Below are positions 38,722 through 47,559 of a stretch of DNA of 63,443 nucleotides, piece after piece; positions within the stretch are counted from its first letter, which is position 1; each line of letters starts with the position of its first letter. Location: the NCBI GenBank assembly GCA_002784625.1, contig PFLP01000005.1, forward strand, positions 1-63,443. The letters run 5' to 3'. Both the position numbers and the translations under genes were made by a program. The notes below the pieces were generated by a model, which worked only from the letters and a program-made list of their open reading frames with translations, was not told the origin of the DNA and did no database searches. This DNA comes from Candidatus Pacebacteria bacterium CG_4_10_14_0_8_um_filter_42_14. Lineage in GTDB: Bacteria > Patescibacteriota > Microgenomatia > UBA1400 > PJMF01.

Positions 38722-39912
38722 ATGACCGAACAACTACCGGAGCTACTAACCAGAGGTGTTGAGCAAGTGCTTCCAGACTCATTCTCATTGAATAAGCTGA
38801 TGTCAGAGAAAAAAATCAGACTCTACTTAGGCATTGATCCAACGGGCTCACTACTTACCCTTGGTCACTCGGTAGTTCTCAGAAAACTCCAACAATTTGC
38901 AGACGCTGGCCATCAGGTCATTTTGCTCATTGGCAACGGGACAGTCCGCATTGGCGATCCAACAGGTCGTGATAGCACCAGGCCAGTTCTGACTGACCAA
39001 GTAATTGAAGAAAACTTTAAAACTTGGAAATCTCAAGCCAGCAAAATTCTTGATTTTGACAAAATCGAAATTCGCTACAACGGAGATTGGCTCGATAAGC
39101 TTACGTACGCAGATATGATTAAGCTTCTTGCCAAAACTACTGTCCAGCAGCTAACAGAGCGAGACATGTTTCAGGAGCGGATCAAGAATGAACAACCAAT
39201 TTTTGGTCATGAAATTTTATACCCACTTCTTCAAGGATATGACAGCGTGGCCATGGATGTTGACCTTGAGATTGGTGGCTCCGATCAGCTCTTTAACATG
39301 ATGATGGGCAGACAGTTGCAGAACAGCTACAACAACCATGATAAATGGGTTTTAACTTCTCCAATTATCAACGGCACTGATGGCAGAAAAATGAGCAAGT
39401 CGTACAACAACTTTGTGGCACTGACAGAAGAACCAAACCAGATGTATGGCAAGCTCATGAGCATTGCAGATGAGCAAATTATTGAGTACTTTACGCTTCT
39501 CACCAACACACCAGTGACGGATATTGAAGCTATGAGTCAAGCCATGGCTTCGGGCGAAAACCCAATGCAGTTTAAGCATCTTCTAGCCAAAGAAATCACC
39601 AAGTTCTATCACGACGATGAGGCAGCCAGACTTGCGGAGGAACATTTCCGAGTTACAGTTCAGGAGGGTTCCATCCCTGCCGAAATTCCCAGTGTAAATT
39701 TCGAAGAAGCAGAGCTTAGTTTGCTAGATCTCCTTCACCGCTTGGAACCAAATGAAAGCCGTAGCAATCTTCGTCGCCTGGTCGAGCAGGGTGGGGTAAC
39801 CATCTATCCAGAAGAAACGAAACCATCTGAGCCTACGCAGCTAATTTCACTCAAAGTTACAGAGGTAATTAAAGTTGGCAAACGCAAGTTCTACAGGATA
39901 ACTCATGACTAG
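38722..39912 (+). CDS. tyrS: tyrosine-tRNA ligase
   Basis: The HIGH-region equivalent is LTLGH; KMSKS is present (RKMSKSYNN). C-terminal S4-like domain. I prefer ATG 38722 over TTG 38704. Confidence 0.93.
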   Translation: MTEQLPELLTRGVEQVLPDSFSLNKLMSEKKIRLYLGIDPTGSLLTLGHSVVLRKLQQFADAGHQVILLIGNGTVRIGDPTGRDSTRPVLTDQVIEENFKTWKSQASKILDFDKIEIRYNGDWLDKLTYADMIKLLAKTTVQQLTERDMFQERIKNEQPIFGHEILYPLLQGYDSVAMDVDLEIGGSDQLFNMMMGRQLQNSYNNHDKWVLTSPIINGTDGRKMSKSYNNFVALTEEPNQMYGKLMSIADEQIIEYFTLLTNTPVTDIEAMSQAMASGENPMQFKHLLAKEITKFYHDDEAARLAEEHFRVTVQEGSIPAEIPSVNFEEAELSLLDLLHRLEPNESRSNLRRLVEQGGVTIYPEETKPSEPTQLISLKVTEVIKVGKRKFYRITHD

Positions 39913-40009
39913 AAAACAACGACAAAAACTCGTTAAAGCCTTTGCCATTTTGGCCATCCTGGCAATGGTTCTCAGCACAATCGGTGGTGGTTTATTAGCC
40001 CTTCTCTAA
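39905..40009 (+). CDS. 34-aa single-pass membrane peptide (not in the ORF track)
   Basis: ATGACTAG overlap with the tyrS stop. MTRKQRQKLVKAFAILAILAMVLSTIGGGLLALL has a basic N-terminus plus one hydrophobic helix. It fills the only gap between tyrS and recG. Confidence 0.35.
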   Translation: MTRKQRQKLVKAFAILAILAMVLSTIGGGLLALL

Positions 40010-40011
40010 AA

Positions 40012-41982
40012 ATGTACAAAATCGGCACACCACTGGGAGCCGTCACCGGAATCGGACCAGCACTTCTCAGTATTTTTCATGAGAAAAATATTAGAACAGT
40101 TGGCGAGCTACTTTTAAGCGTCCCTAATCGATATCTCGATAACTCTATTAGAACCACAATTGCCAATCTTGTCCCGGGAGAACGAGCAACAATTCTTGCC
40201 CAAGTTTTGAAGAAATCAGGTTTCCGCAAAGGCAAAAGATCAATTACCAAAGTCGCGGTCCAAGACGAAACCGGTTCTCTTCAATTAATGTGGTTTAACG
40301 CTCGTTTCGTTCAGGACGCCCTTCAGACAGAGCACGAATACTTTTTCAGCGGCGTAGTTGGAAAAAATGGTGTCATGATTCAGCCGAGTTTCGAGCGTGT
40401 CAGTGACAATACGATTCATACCAATAGAATTGTTCCTATTTACTCCAGTACTTTAGGGATTATGCAGGGCAGACTGCGGAGAGTACTCAAGGAAATAGTC
40501 GACAACCTGGAGGAAACTCCTGACAGTTTAGATGCAATTCTAAAAGAAGAAAACGATCTCACCCTCGTAGCTGCCTGCACCGAGCTTCACTTTCCTTCTG
40601 AGGCAGAAACCGCTGTAACTGCCAGAGAGCGCCTGGCGCTTGAAGAGCTTGTGGAGTTAATTCGCATCGCCAAGACTAAAAAAGAAGAGTGGTCGGAGAA
40701 AAAAACAGCTCAAGCTATTTCCATAAACGAAGAACTTATTCCCGCTTCAATCCCATTCACTCTTACCGCGTCTCAGCAAGCTTGCTGCAAAGAAATTGTC
40801 GCCGATCTTACCCAGACCACACCTATGAATCGCCTCCTGACCGGGGACGTTGGCTCGGGCAAAACTGTCGTCGCCGGCATTGCCTGTTATCACATGATTA
40901 AGAATGGCCATAGCGCTTTCATCATTGCTCCAACCCAAGTACTTGCTGCCCAACACTTCCAAACCCTACAGAACCTCTTTCCCGACCTTAACGTAGAGCT
41001 AGTCACCAGCAACAAAAAGGCAAGCAGTTTCATAGGCCCTCGACTTTACGTAGGCACTCACTCATTAAACAACTTACTTGACCAAGTTAAACCTGGAATA
41101 GTTATCTATGACGAACAGCATCGTTTTGGCGTAGGACAACGCTCTAAAACAACTGCCGACTTTGAACACCACCGTTTAACTATGACCGCCACACCGATTC
41201 CAAGATCATTGACATTAACCTTGTTTGCTGACTTGTCCCACTCAAGCATTAATGAACTACCCGAGAACAGACTGCCCACAAAAACCTGGACTATACCAGA
41301 GAGAAAACGCGAGAAGCTATATAAATGGATAGACAAACAACGCGCTGAGAACTCAAACTTTCTCACCTTGATAGTTTGCCCATTTATAAATAAATCGAAG
41401 CAAGAAGGCGCCATGCATATTGTCGACGCGAGCTCAAGATTCAAGGAACTAAAAAAAGAATTTGGCAAAAAACTGAAAATTGCCTTACTCCATAGCCGGC
41501 TACCCGTTGCAGAGAAGGAAGCAACTCTAGATAGCCTCTTTGCTGGAGAGATTGATGTCTTGGTAAGTACACCAATCATAGAGGTTGGAGTCGACATTCC
41601 CCAAGCTTCTGCCATCGTTATCGAATCAGCCCAACAGTATGGGCTGGCCAGCTTACATCAATTGCGTGGGCGTGTAGGTAGGGCCGGGCAACAAGGCTAC
41701 TGCTATTTGTTTTCTCAAAGTAACCAACCAAAAACTCAAAAACGACTTGAACAATTTATTAGCACGACTGATGGCAAAAAACTCGCCGAGTTTGATTTAA
41801 ATAATCGCGGAGCGGGAGATTTGTTTGGACTTAAACAACACGGCTTTTCATTTCTTCAGTTTGCCTCTTGGACCAATTTTGACCTGATCACAAAAGCGCA
41901 GCGTCTCGAGAAAATGCTTCCAAAAAATTGGCACTCTCCACTCCTGCATCGCGAGCAGTCGCAAACAATTTCGGCAAACTAG
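40012..41982 (+). CDS. recG: ATP-dependent DNA helicase RecG
   Basis: Wedge/OB N-domain, Walker A GDVGSGKT, DEQHRFGV, TATPIPR and QLRGRVGR. Confidence 0.9.
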   Translation: MYKIGTPLGAVTGIGPALLSIFHEKNIRTVGELLLSVPNRYLDNSIRTTIANLVPGERATILAQVLKKSGFRKGKRSITKVAVQDETGSLQLMWFNARFVQDALQTEHEYFFSGVVGKNGVMIQPSFERVSDNTIHTNRIVPIYSSTLGIMQGRLRRVLKEIVDNLEETPDSLDAILKEENDLTLVAACTELHFPSEAETAVTARERLALEELVELIRIAKTKKEEWSEKKTAQAISINEELIPASIPFTLTASQQACCKEIVADLTQTTPMNRLLTGDVGSGKTVVAGIACYHMIKNGHSAFIIAPTQVLAAQHFQTLQNLFPDLNVELVTSNKKASSFIGPRLYVGTHSLNNLLDQVKPGIVIYDEQHRFGVGQRSKTTADFEHHRLTMTATPIPRSLTLTLFADLSHSSINELPENRLPTKTWTIPERKREKLYKWIDKQRAENSNFLTLIVCPFINKSKQEGAMHIVDASSRFKELKKEFGKKLKIALLHSRLPVAEKEATLDSLFAGEIDVLVSTPIIEVGVDIPQASAIVIESAQQYGLASLHQLRGRVGRAGQQGYCYLFSQSNQPKTQKRLEQFISTTDGKKLAEFDLNNRGAGDLFGLKQHGFSFLQFASWTNFDLITKAQRLEKMLPKNWHSPLLHREQSQTISAN

Positions 41983-41989
41983 CCTCCTC

Positions 41990-42018
41990 TTGTCATACAC
42001 CAGAGGTAGCGGTACAAT
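41990..42018 (+). promoter_or_regulatory. sigma-70-type promoter upstream of rpmF
   Basis: TTGTCA (41990-41995), 17-nt spacer, TACAAT (42013-42018). Confidence 0.4.
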
Positions 42019-42064
42019 CGTCTCTCTTCAGATGCTATACTGGTGAAACAGAAAAAAGGAAATC

Positions 42065-42367
42065 ATGGGAGCACTACCTAAAAATAAAATTACTAGAGTC
42101 GAACGTGGTAAAAGACGCGCCGGCAATACTCCTAAACTCAAAAAAGACACAAAGATTAGTTCTATTCCTTTTCACAAAAGAGGCTTGGTTGCTAGCATGT
42201 TGAGAAGCATCGGCTTAAGCGCTGCTCAGACAACAGAGAAGACAAGTAAAAAAAAGGTGCAAACAAAATCTGTTTCACAAAAACCCTTGCCAACTCAGCC
42301 AAAAATAAAACAGCCTGTTGTAGAAATCAAAACTGCAGCTAAACGTCAAACCCAGCACAAAGGCTAA
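42065..42367 (+). CDS. rpmF: ribosomal protein bL32-like (Zn-free type) with a long Lys/Gln-rich C-terminal extension
   Basis: The N-terminus MGALPKNKITRVERGKRRAGN parallels the E. coli L32 segment QNKPTRSKRGMRRSH. 100 aa versus about 57 typical. Confidence 0.55.
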   Translation: MGALPKNKITRVERGKRRAGNTPKLKKDTKISSIPFHKRGLVASMLRSIGLSAAQTTEKTSKKKVQTKSVSQKPLPTQPKIKQPVVEIKTAAKRQTQHKG

Positions 42368-42723
42368 TGTCAGACCAGCGACATGAACACCGAGAAGAAC
42401 TCCTTAGAGATCTTTTTGCTTGTACTTTCAATGGACTTCATACAGAACGAATCGAGAACGTAAAAAATCTTGAGCATATAAAAGAAATCCTGACGGAACT
42501 AACAGATCTGGACCTTATCATTCAGGCCTCTGCACCTGAGAGATCGCTGACAGAAATCAACAAAGTGGATCTTGCAATTATGCGACTAATTATGTTTGAA
42601 TCAAAGCACGCCGACACACCTCCCAAGGTGCTCGTCGACGAAGGAATTGAATTAGCTAAAGAATTTGGAAGCGACAGCTCACCAAGATTTATCAATGGGG
42701 TTCTTGCCCAAATACTGCTATAA
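42367..42723 (+). CDS. nusB: transcription antitermination factor NusB (short)
   Basis: Helical 118-aa protein with the family C-terminal signature ...SPRFINGVLAQI. Confidence 0.75.
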   Translation: MSDQRHEHREELLRDLFACTFNGLHTERIENVKNLEHIKEILTELTDLDLIIQASAPERSLTEINKVDLAIMRLIMFESKHADTPPKVLVDEGIELAKEFGSDSSPRFINGVLAQILL

Positions 42724-42742
42724 CTAAGCTAGAACGGAAATA

Positions 42743-42991
42743 ATGCCAAACTTGTTACAACAAATTAGTGAGATCGTGTCTGAAACTACAGGAAATGACC
42801 CCGCTGAAATGAATGCTGATTCAGATCTAATTGAAGATCTTAATTTTAGCGAAGTCGAATTTAAGAGGGTGGTAGCTGCAGTTAATAAGCATTTTCACAT
42901 AACTCTGAATTTACACGAAGTTTCTCTAGAAGAAATTCAGACCCTTGGCGAATTCGCTGATATAGTCGCAGAAGAAACTGAACTTGGATAA
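42743..42991 (+). CDS. acyl-carrier-protein-like small acidic protein
   Basis: 82 aa and acidic. The EDLNFSEVEF segment aligns with the ACP segment EDLGADSLDTVEL, but the Asp-Ser-Leu motif is degenerate. Confidence 0.5.
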   Translation: MPNLLQQISEIVSETTGNDPAEMNADSDLIEDLNFSEVEFKRVVAAVNKHFHITLNLHEVSLEEIQTLGEFADIVAEETELG

Positions 42992-42994
42992 GCC

Positions 42995-43651
42995 ATGATT
43001 CCAGCATTTACAGACAAGAAACTACTTGAAAGAGCATTTACCCATCGGAGTGCTCTTGGGACTTCAAGAGCGCGCTCTGACTCCAATGAACGACTTGAGT
43101 TCCTTGGTGACGCCGTGCTGGAGCTTGCCACCACTGAATTCTTGTTTGCTCAATATCCAAACGAGCCTGAGGGTGTTCTTACCACCTACCGTAGCTCACT
43201 GGTAAAAACGACAACTCTGGCAGAGGTGGCTCAGAAACTAGGCATTGGCGACAAAATCATCATGAGCAGGGGAGAAGCAACTTCCGGAGGTCGAGAGAAT
43301 GAGGGCATACTTGCTGATACATTTGAAGCTATTGTTGGAGCCTTATACCTTGATCAAGGCTACAAAGCTGTCACCGCTTTTTTACAAAAAGAATTGTTTA
43401 TTGAATTTGAAGACATCTTGCGCGAAGGGCGCTATCGCGATGCCAAAAGCGAGCTCCAAGAGCTAGTTCAAGCCAAAGGCTTACCTGCTCCACATTATCG
43501 AGTGAAGAGCGCTGTGGGACCTGACCATGACAAAGAATTTACTGTTGCTGTTCGCATCAGCGGTGAAGATCAAGCCCTGGGCACTGGCAAAAGTAAACAA
43601 CAAGCGCAACAGCGCGCGGCTGAGAAAGCACTAGAAAGCTACTCCGCTTGA
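42995..43651 (+). CDS. rnc: ribonuclease III
   Basis: Signature ERLEFLGDAVLEL and a C-terminal dsRBD (GPDHDKEFTV...GKSKQQAQQRAAEKAL). Confidence 0.93.
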   Translation: MIPAFTDKKLLERAFTHRSALGTSRARSDSNERLEFLGDAVLELATTEFLFAQYPNEPEGVLTTYRSSLVKTTTLAEVAQKLGIGDKIIMSRGEATSGGRENEGILADTFEAIVGALYLDQGYKAVTAFLQKELFIEFEDILREGRYRDAKSELQELVQAKGLPAPHYRVKSAVGPDHDKEFTVAVRISGEDQALGTGKSKQQAQQRAAEKALESYSA

Positions 43652-43676
43652 GAAACTCTCGAAGCTACAGTATAAT
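43648..43676 (+). promoter_or_regulatory. sigma-70-type promoter upstream of rpsP
   Basis: TTGAGA (43648-43653), 17-nt spacer, TATAAT (43671-43676). Confidence 0.45.
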
Positions 43677-43694
43677 CCACGAATCTAACAACCT

Positions 43695-44045
43695 ATGCTA
43701 AAAATTAAACTCGCCCGATTTGGGAAACGTAATCAACCTCACTATCGAATTATCGTGAATGAGGCTCGCTCTAAACGAGACGGTCAATACATGGCTGAAC
43801 TTGGTCACTACGCACCAACTGATACCCCGAAACTTTTAAAGGTCGATTTTGAGGCTTACAAATACTGGATCTCAAAGGGAGCTATCCCAACAGATACAGT
43901 CGCCGCCATTGTCAAAAGATCCCAGATTGCAGTGCCATTTCCTGAGAAAAAACCAAAACCATCTAAGAAAAGTGTTGCTAAGAAGCTAGTAGCTGACGAA
44001 GACGCAAAAGCTCCAAAGCCTGTGGTCGAAGAAACAAAGGAATAA
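43695..44045 (+). CDS. rpsP: ribosomal protein bS16 with a Lys-rich C-terminal tail
   Basis: MLKIKLARFGKRNQPHYRIIV is the canonical S16 N-terminus. Confidence 0.93.
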   Translation: MLKIKLARFGKRNQPHYRIIVNEARSKRDGQYMAELGHYAPTDTPKLLKVDFEAYKYWISKGAIPTDTVAAIVKRSQIAVPFPEKKPKPSKKSVAKKLVADEDAKAPKPVVEETKE

Positions 44046-44047
44046 AC

Positions 44048-44326
44048 ATGAAAAATCTGCTTGAATTCATCCTCATCCATTTAGTTGAACATCCAGAGGA
44101 TGTTACCATTGAAGAGCGAGAAAATGGCGATACTACTGAATTCATCATCCACGTTCACGCTGAAGACATGGGTCGCGTCATTGGCAAAGGTGGCTCAGTT
44201 ATCCATGCAATTCGAAACATAAGTCGCATCAGGGCAGTAAAAGAAGGCATTCGTGCCCGAGTTATTGTCGAAGATCAAGAACCAGCTCAAGTTCAGAGTT
44301 CTGAAACCGTCTCTGACGAAACCTGA
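44048..44326 (+). CDS. KH-domain RNA-binding protein (YlqC/UPF0109 type)
   Basis: GRVIGKGGSVIHAIRNI GXXG motif, in the conserved position after rpsP. Confidence 0.75.
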   Translation: MKNLLEFILIHLVEHPEDVTIEERENGDTTEFIIHVHAEDMGRVIGKGGSVIHAIRNISRIRAVKEGIRARVIVEDQEPAQVQSSETVSDET

Positions 44327-45111
44327 GCTCCAGGAAATCTCAATTTAGCAACTCGGAAGATATCTTCCGACCCACCACCAAGAATAGTGTTTTGCTCTGG
44401 TAAATCAATCTTCTCGAAAGAGGCTAGCTCGTTTAGAACAATTTGATCTGTTGTAGTGAGCTTTGGCAAAGGCTGCTCAAGAGAAACAGAAATTGGCTGA
44501 GTGAAAAAGAAAGTGGTCGTCACTAGGCTTGCTGATGAGGCTTTCGACTGATCAACGGTCGCTGATTCATTATCAAACGTGGCATTCAATGACAATTCTG
44601 AGATAGTGGTAAAGGGGGTAACTGTCTCTGTCAGCAACATGAATTGTTGTAGCTGATCATAAGTACCACCAACCGAGAGTTTTAACTCCAATGAGTCATA
44701 AGCACCCTTACCAGTATTCACATACTCCGCCGATGAAGTTGAGACAAGACCTGGAGAAATTTCAAAGTTACTAACTACAACTCCAGACTTCTGCGTGACG
44801 GCATAAAGACTAGTTATAAGCTCTAAAAGCGGTTTATGAGAGGGAAGAGTAGCGGAAACGAAATCAATTTGTTCATACTCTGGCTGATAAGTTATGTTTG
44901 AGAGCTCGCTAAATTTTTGCTTAAGCTTTGTCAGCCTTTCATTCTCTTTGGCAATGGTGGTATTTACTTCCAAGGAGGCTTTAATTTGGGGGATACAAAC
45001 AGCTACCAATAAAATCACACTTGCCAAAACCAAACCAATGGCAATAGCCAGAGAGCGCCTGGTGTGAAGAAACAACTGTAGATTAAATGGTTGCTTGGCT
45101 TTTTTGTTCAC
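44293..45111 (-). CDS. pilO: PilO-like type IV pilus assembly protein (extended C-terminus)
   Basis: Single N-terminal TM helix followed by a coiled coil (ENERLTKLKQKFSEL). Positioned after pilM-pilN with a start/stop overlap. Confidence 0.5.
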   Translation of the reverse strand: MNKKAKQPFNLQLFLHTRRSLAIAIGLVLASVILLVAVCIPQIKASLEVNTTIAKENERLTKLKQKFSELSNITYQPEYEQIDFVSATLPSHKPLLELITSLYAVTQKSGVVVSNFEISPGLVSTSSAEYVNTGKGAYDSLELKLSVGGTYDQLQQFMLLTETVTPFTTISELSLNATFDNESATVDQSKASSASLVTTTFFFTQPISVSLEQPLPKLTTTDQIVLNELASFEKIDLPEQNTILGGGSEDIFRVAKLRFPGAQVSSETVSEL

Positions 45112-45680
45112 TAAGATTCCTTCTCAAGTACAATGTCTGGCAAGACGACGGTAAGTTTTAGACTATAAACTCCAGAGTCATTTCTACTCAATCCACCTCT
45201 GGTTATGTCTGGGTATGCCGCTAATAACTCAGGACTTTTTAATTGTTTAAAGACTCTTTCCATTGTAAAAATATCTTGAGCACTCAATGAAAAAGTTAGA
45301 ATCTCATTATTTTCTCCTGAGTACGAAAGTTGACTAATTATTACTCCAGGACCAAAAAACTTGCTAAAGAATGTCAACGCTTCCTGCTTATTTTTTCGGT
45401 TACCAAAAAGATCAGTTAAAACCCTAAGCTTGTGTGCAAAAATAGTATACGACTCTTCAATCGGTTGTTCGGCTAAAATTGCGGACTTGGTTGACTTTTG
45501 TTCTGACAAAATAGAGTCGAGATTTCTACTCAGCAACCAATGAGAAACACCAGCAACAATTCCTATAACTGCAATTATTCCTAAAGCAATGCTGCTAAAA
45601 AGCAATATCTTCTGATCCTGGGCCTGTGCTTTTTCAACCCACCTCTGCCGATCTCGAACAAAGTTAATGTTTTTCGGCAT
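45111..45680 (-). CDS. pilN: PilN-like type IV pilus assembly protein
   Basis: Short cytoplasmic N-terminus (NINFV), one TM helix and a periplasmic-type domain. It lies immediately downstream of pilM. Confidence 0.55.
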   Translation of the reverse strand: MPKNINFVRDRQRWVEKAQAQDQKILLFSSIALGIIAVIGIVAGVSHWLLSRNLDSILSEQKSTKSAILAEQPIEESYTIFAHKLRVLTDLFGNRKNKQEALTFFSKFFGPGVIISQLSYSGENNEILTFSLSAQDIFTMERVFKQLKSPELLAAYPDITRGGLSRNDSGVYSLKLTVVLPDIVLEKES

Positions 45681-45685
45681 GAACT

Positions 45686-46693
45686 TTACGACTCCTGTGC
45701 TAATAGTCCCATACAGACAGCCATGCTTGGTTGATTAATTTTCTCTGGTACGTCTCCTGAAGCAGAAGCAAAAGGGGCGGCAATTAGCACCTCACTTCCG
45801 AATTCCGTAGCGACCTGACCAACTAATTCTGGCAGCATCGCCGAACCACCCGAAAGAACTACTCTATCGACCGAGTTCTGTGGATGCTGACTCACAAAAA
45901 ATTGTACTGCTTTTTTAGCCTCAGTAAGCAGAACTTGAACCGCAGGAAGAAGTGCCGCGGCGACTTTACCTTCGAACTGTCTTTGATCAAGACCATAGGT
46001 TCGCTTATATTGTTCAGCCTGGGCTCCATCTAAGCCCACCTTCTGTTCCAGTGTTTTGGTCAAGAGCTGGCCTCCGTTCAAGTGAGTTAAAACAAATTGA
46101 AGTTCTCCCTGATGCATGATCGCCATATTCATAGTTGAAGCACCAATATGAAGGATCAAAGTCGTTGGATCATTGGAAACAAATCTAAGTGATCGCAAAA
46201 TCGAGAGCATTTGCGTTTCAACCAATTCTGGCTCAATTCCCACTTGGTTAAAAACTGAAACATACTGCTCTATAACCTTTTTGCGAACTCCAACAAGGAG
46301 CACCCTCATCAAACCATCTTCTTTTTTTCCGGGCCTATATAAAACCTGGTACTCAAGAGAAAGTTCCTCGGGAGGAATAGGAATATGTTGTTCTGCTTGC
46401 CAGCCAATGGCCGATGCCAGCTCAGCATCTGAAAGCCGGGGAATGGCGATAACTTTGGTGGAAACAACGGTCTCCGGAAGTGAAAGGCGCACTGGCTCAT
46501 TAACAAAGCCATAATCAGTCATTAAAGCCTGAATAATTCCCGCAAGCTTCGTGCTTGCCGCATCATCAGTAGGCACAGAGATGCCTGTAGAGTTAAAGAC
46601 TTCAGCAACGCGCTTAATATGCACCGCACTGCCAGTAGAACCAGCAATGGCTTTAATACTATATGTACCGATATCGATGGCCAGGGCAGGCAT
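45686..46693 (-). CDS. pilM: type IV pilus assembly ATPase-fold protein PilM
   Basis: Actin/HSP70-like fold motifs (LAIDIGTYSIKA, HIGASTMN, LSGGSAMLPEL). Confidence 0.85.
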   Translation of the reverse strand: MPALAIDIGTYSIKAIAGSTGSAVHIKRVAEVFNSTGISVPTDDAASTKLAGIIQALMTDYGFVNEPVRLSLPETVVSTKVIAIPRLSDAELASAIGWQAEQHIPIPPEELSLEYQVLYRPGKKEDGLMRVLLVGVRKKVIEQYVSVFNQVGIEPELVETQMLSILRSLRFVSNDPTTLILHIGASTMNMAIMHQGELQFVLTHLNGGQLLTKTLEQKVGLDGAQAEQYKRTYGLDQRQFEGKVAAALLPAVQVLLTEAKKAVQFFVSQHPQNSVDRVVLSGGSAMLPELVGQVATEFGSEVLIAAPFASASGDVPEKINQPSMAVCMGLLAQES

Positions 46694-46707
46694 TATAAAA
46701 TCTCCTC

Positions 46708-47502
46708 TTAGTTCGCTTTCACAATACTACCTCCACTATACAGGGCGTAATCAAAAATAGCAGGGGCTGCGGGAATGGATCTAGTGCCTTGGATGACACT
46801 AGTCACACCATCGGTATCACCAGTTGCCATTGCCTGAGCAGTGTGCTGTTGAATGCCGGCACCAGAGACACTCAGGTCTGTGTTTTTTAGCAAAACCTTA
46901 ATTCTCATTAGCTTATCCCCACTGAGAACACCAAATTCATAAAAGTTCTTGTAATCGGTGACAATTCTCTGATTTGCCTTAATAAAACCAGAAGGACCAT
47001 CTGAGGAAGTTGCGCACGACTCAGGCTTAATTCCAGAATATCTAACGCTGTAATTTCCTGAGCCGTCATCCGAGTATATTGCGACAAGTAAAGAGGCTAC
47101 ACTATTGCAGTCAGTGTTAGTTTTTTCCCAATCTATAGTGATAGTTCCCGGAGTACTAGACGATAAATCAATAGTTGCCGTAGAGCCTTGGGGAAAATAT
47201 GAAGTAAGATCTCCAGAGGTGACCTCAGAACCAATAATGGTCTCATTAACGCCATTTGATGACAATGTCAATGGATCTGGGGCTCCCGCAACATACGAAG
47301 CAGGATCCGCCAAAAGCGTATCAAGCGCAGCCTCCGCCGCATTAAAAACTCGAACCTGTTCTGACTCATTTCCAGCCAGACTAATTTCTTGAGTAGCCTG
47401 ATTTGCCAAAGAAAGACCGAGGCTTAGGAGTACAACCATCACCAGCAAAGTAATAACCGCTACGTATCCTGATTGTGATGATTTTTTAGAAGGAAAAAAC
47501 AT
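46708..47502 (-). CDS. PilX-N-domain minor pilin-like protein
   Basis: Basic N-terminus, then the hydrophobic helix SGYVAVITLLVMVVLLSLGLSLA, then the PilX_N-like FNAAEAALD. Confidence 0.6.
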   Translation of the reverse strand: MFFPSKKSSQSGYVAVITLLVMVVLLSLGLSLANQATQEISLAGNESEQVRVFNAAEAALDTLLADPASYVAGAPDPLTLSSNGVNETIIGSEVTSGDLTSYFPQGSTATIDLSSSTPGTITIDWEKTNTDCNSVASLLVAIYSDDGSGNYSVRYSGIKPESCATSSDGPSGFIKANQRIVTDYKNFYEFGVLSGDKLMRIKVLLKNTDLSVSGAGIQQHTAQAMATGDTDGVTSVIQGTRSIPAAPAIFDYALYSGGSIVKAN

Positions 47503-47559
47503 ATGATGAGTACTATATTAGCAAACAACTCTCATCATAACGCAAAAAGCCTCTGAGTA

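Noticed and set aside
47505-47545. Inverted repeat atgatgag-N18-ctcatcat between the MFS gene and the pilX-like gene, considered as a terminator
   Set aside because: The loop is long at 18 nt and there is no U tract on the relevant (minus) strand. It may be incidental in AT-rich spacer sequence.
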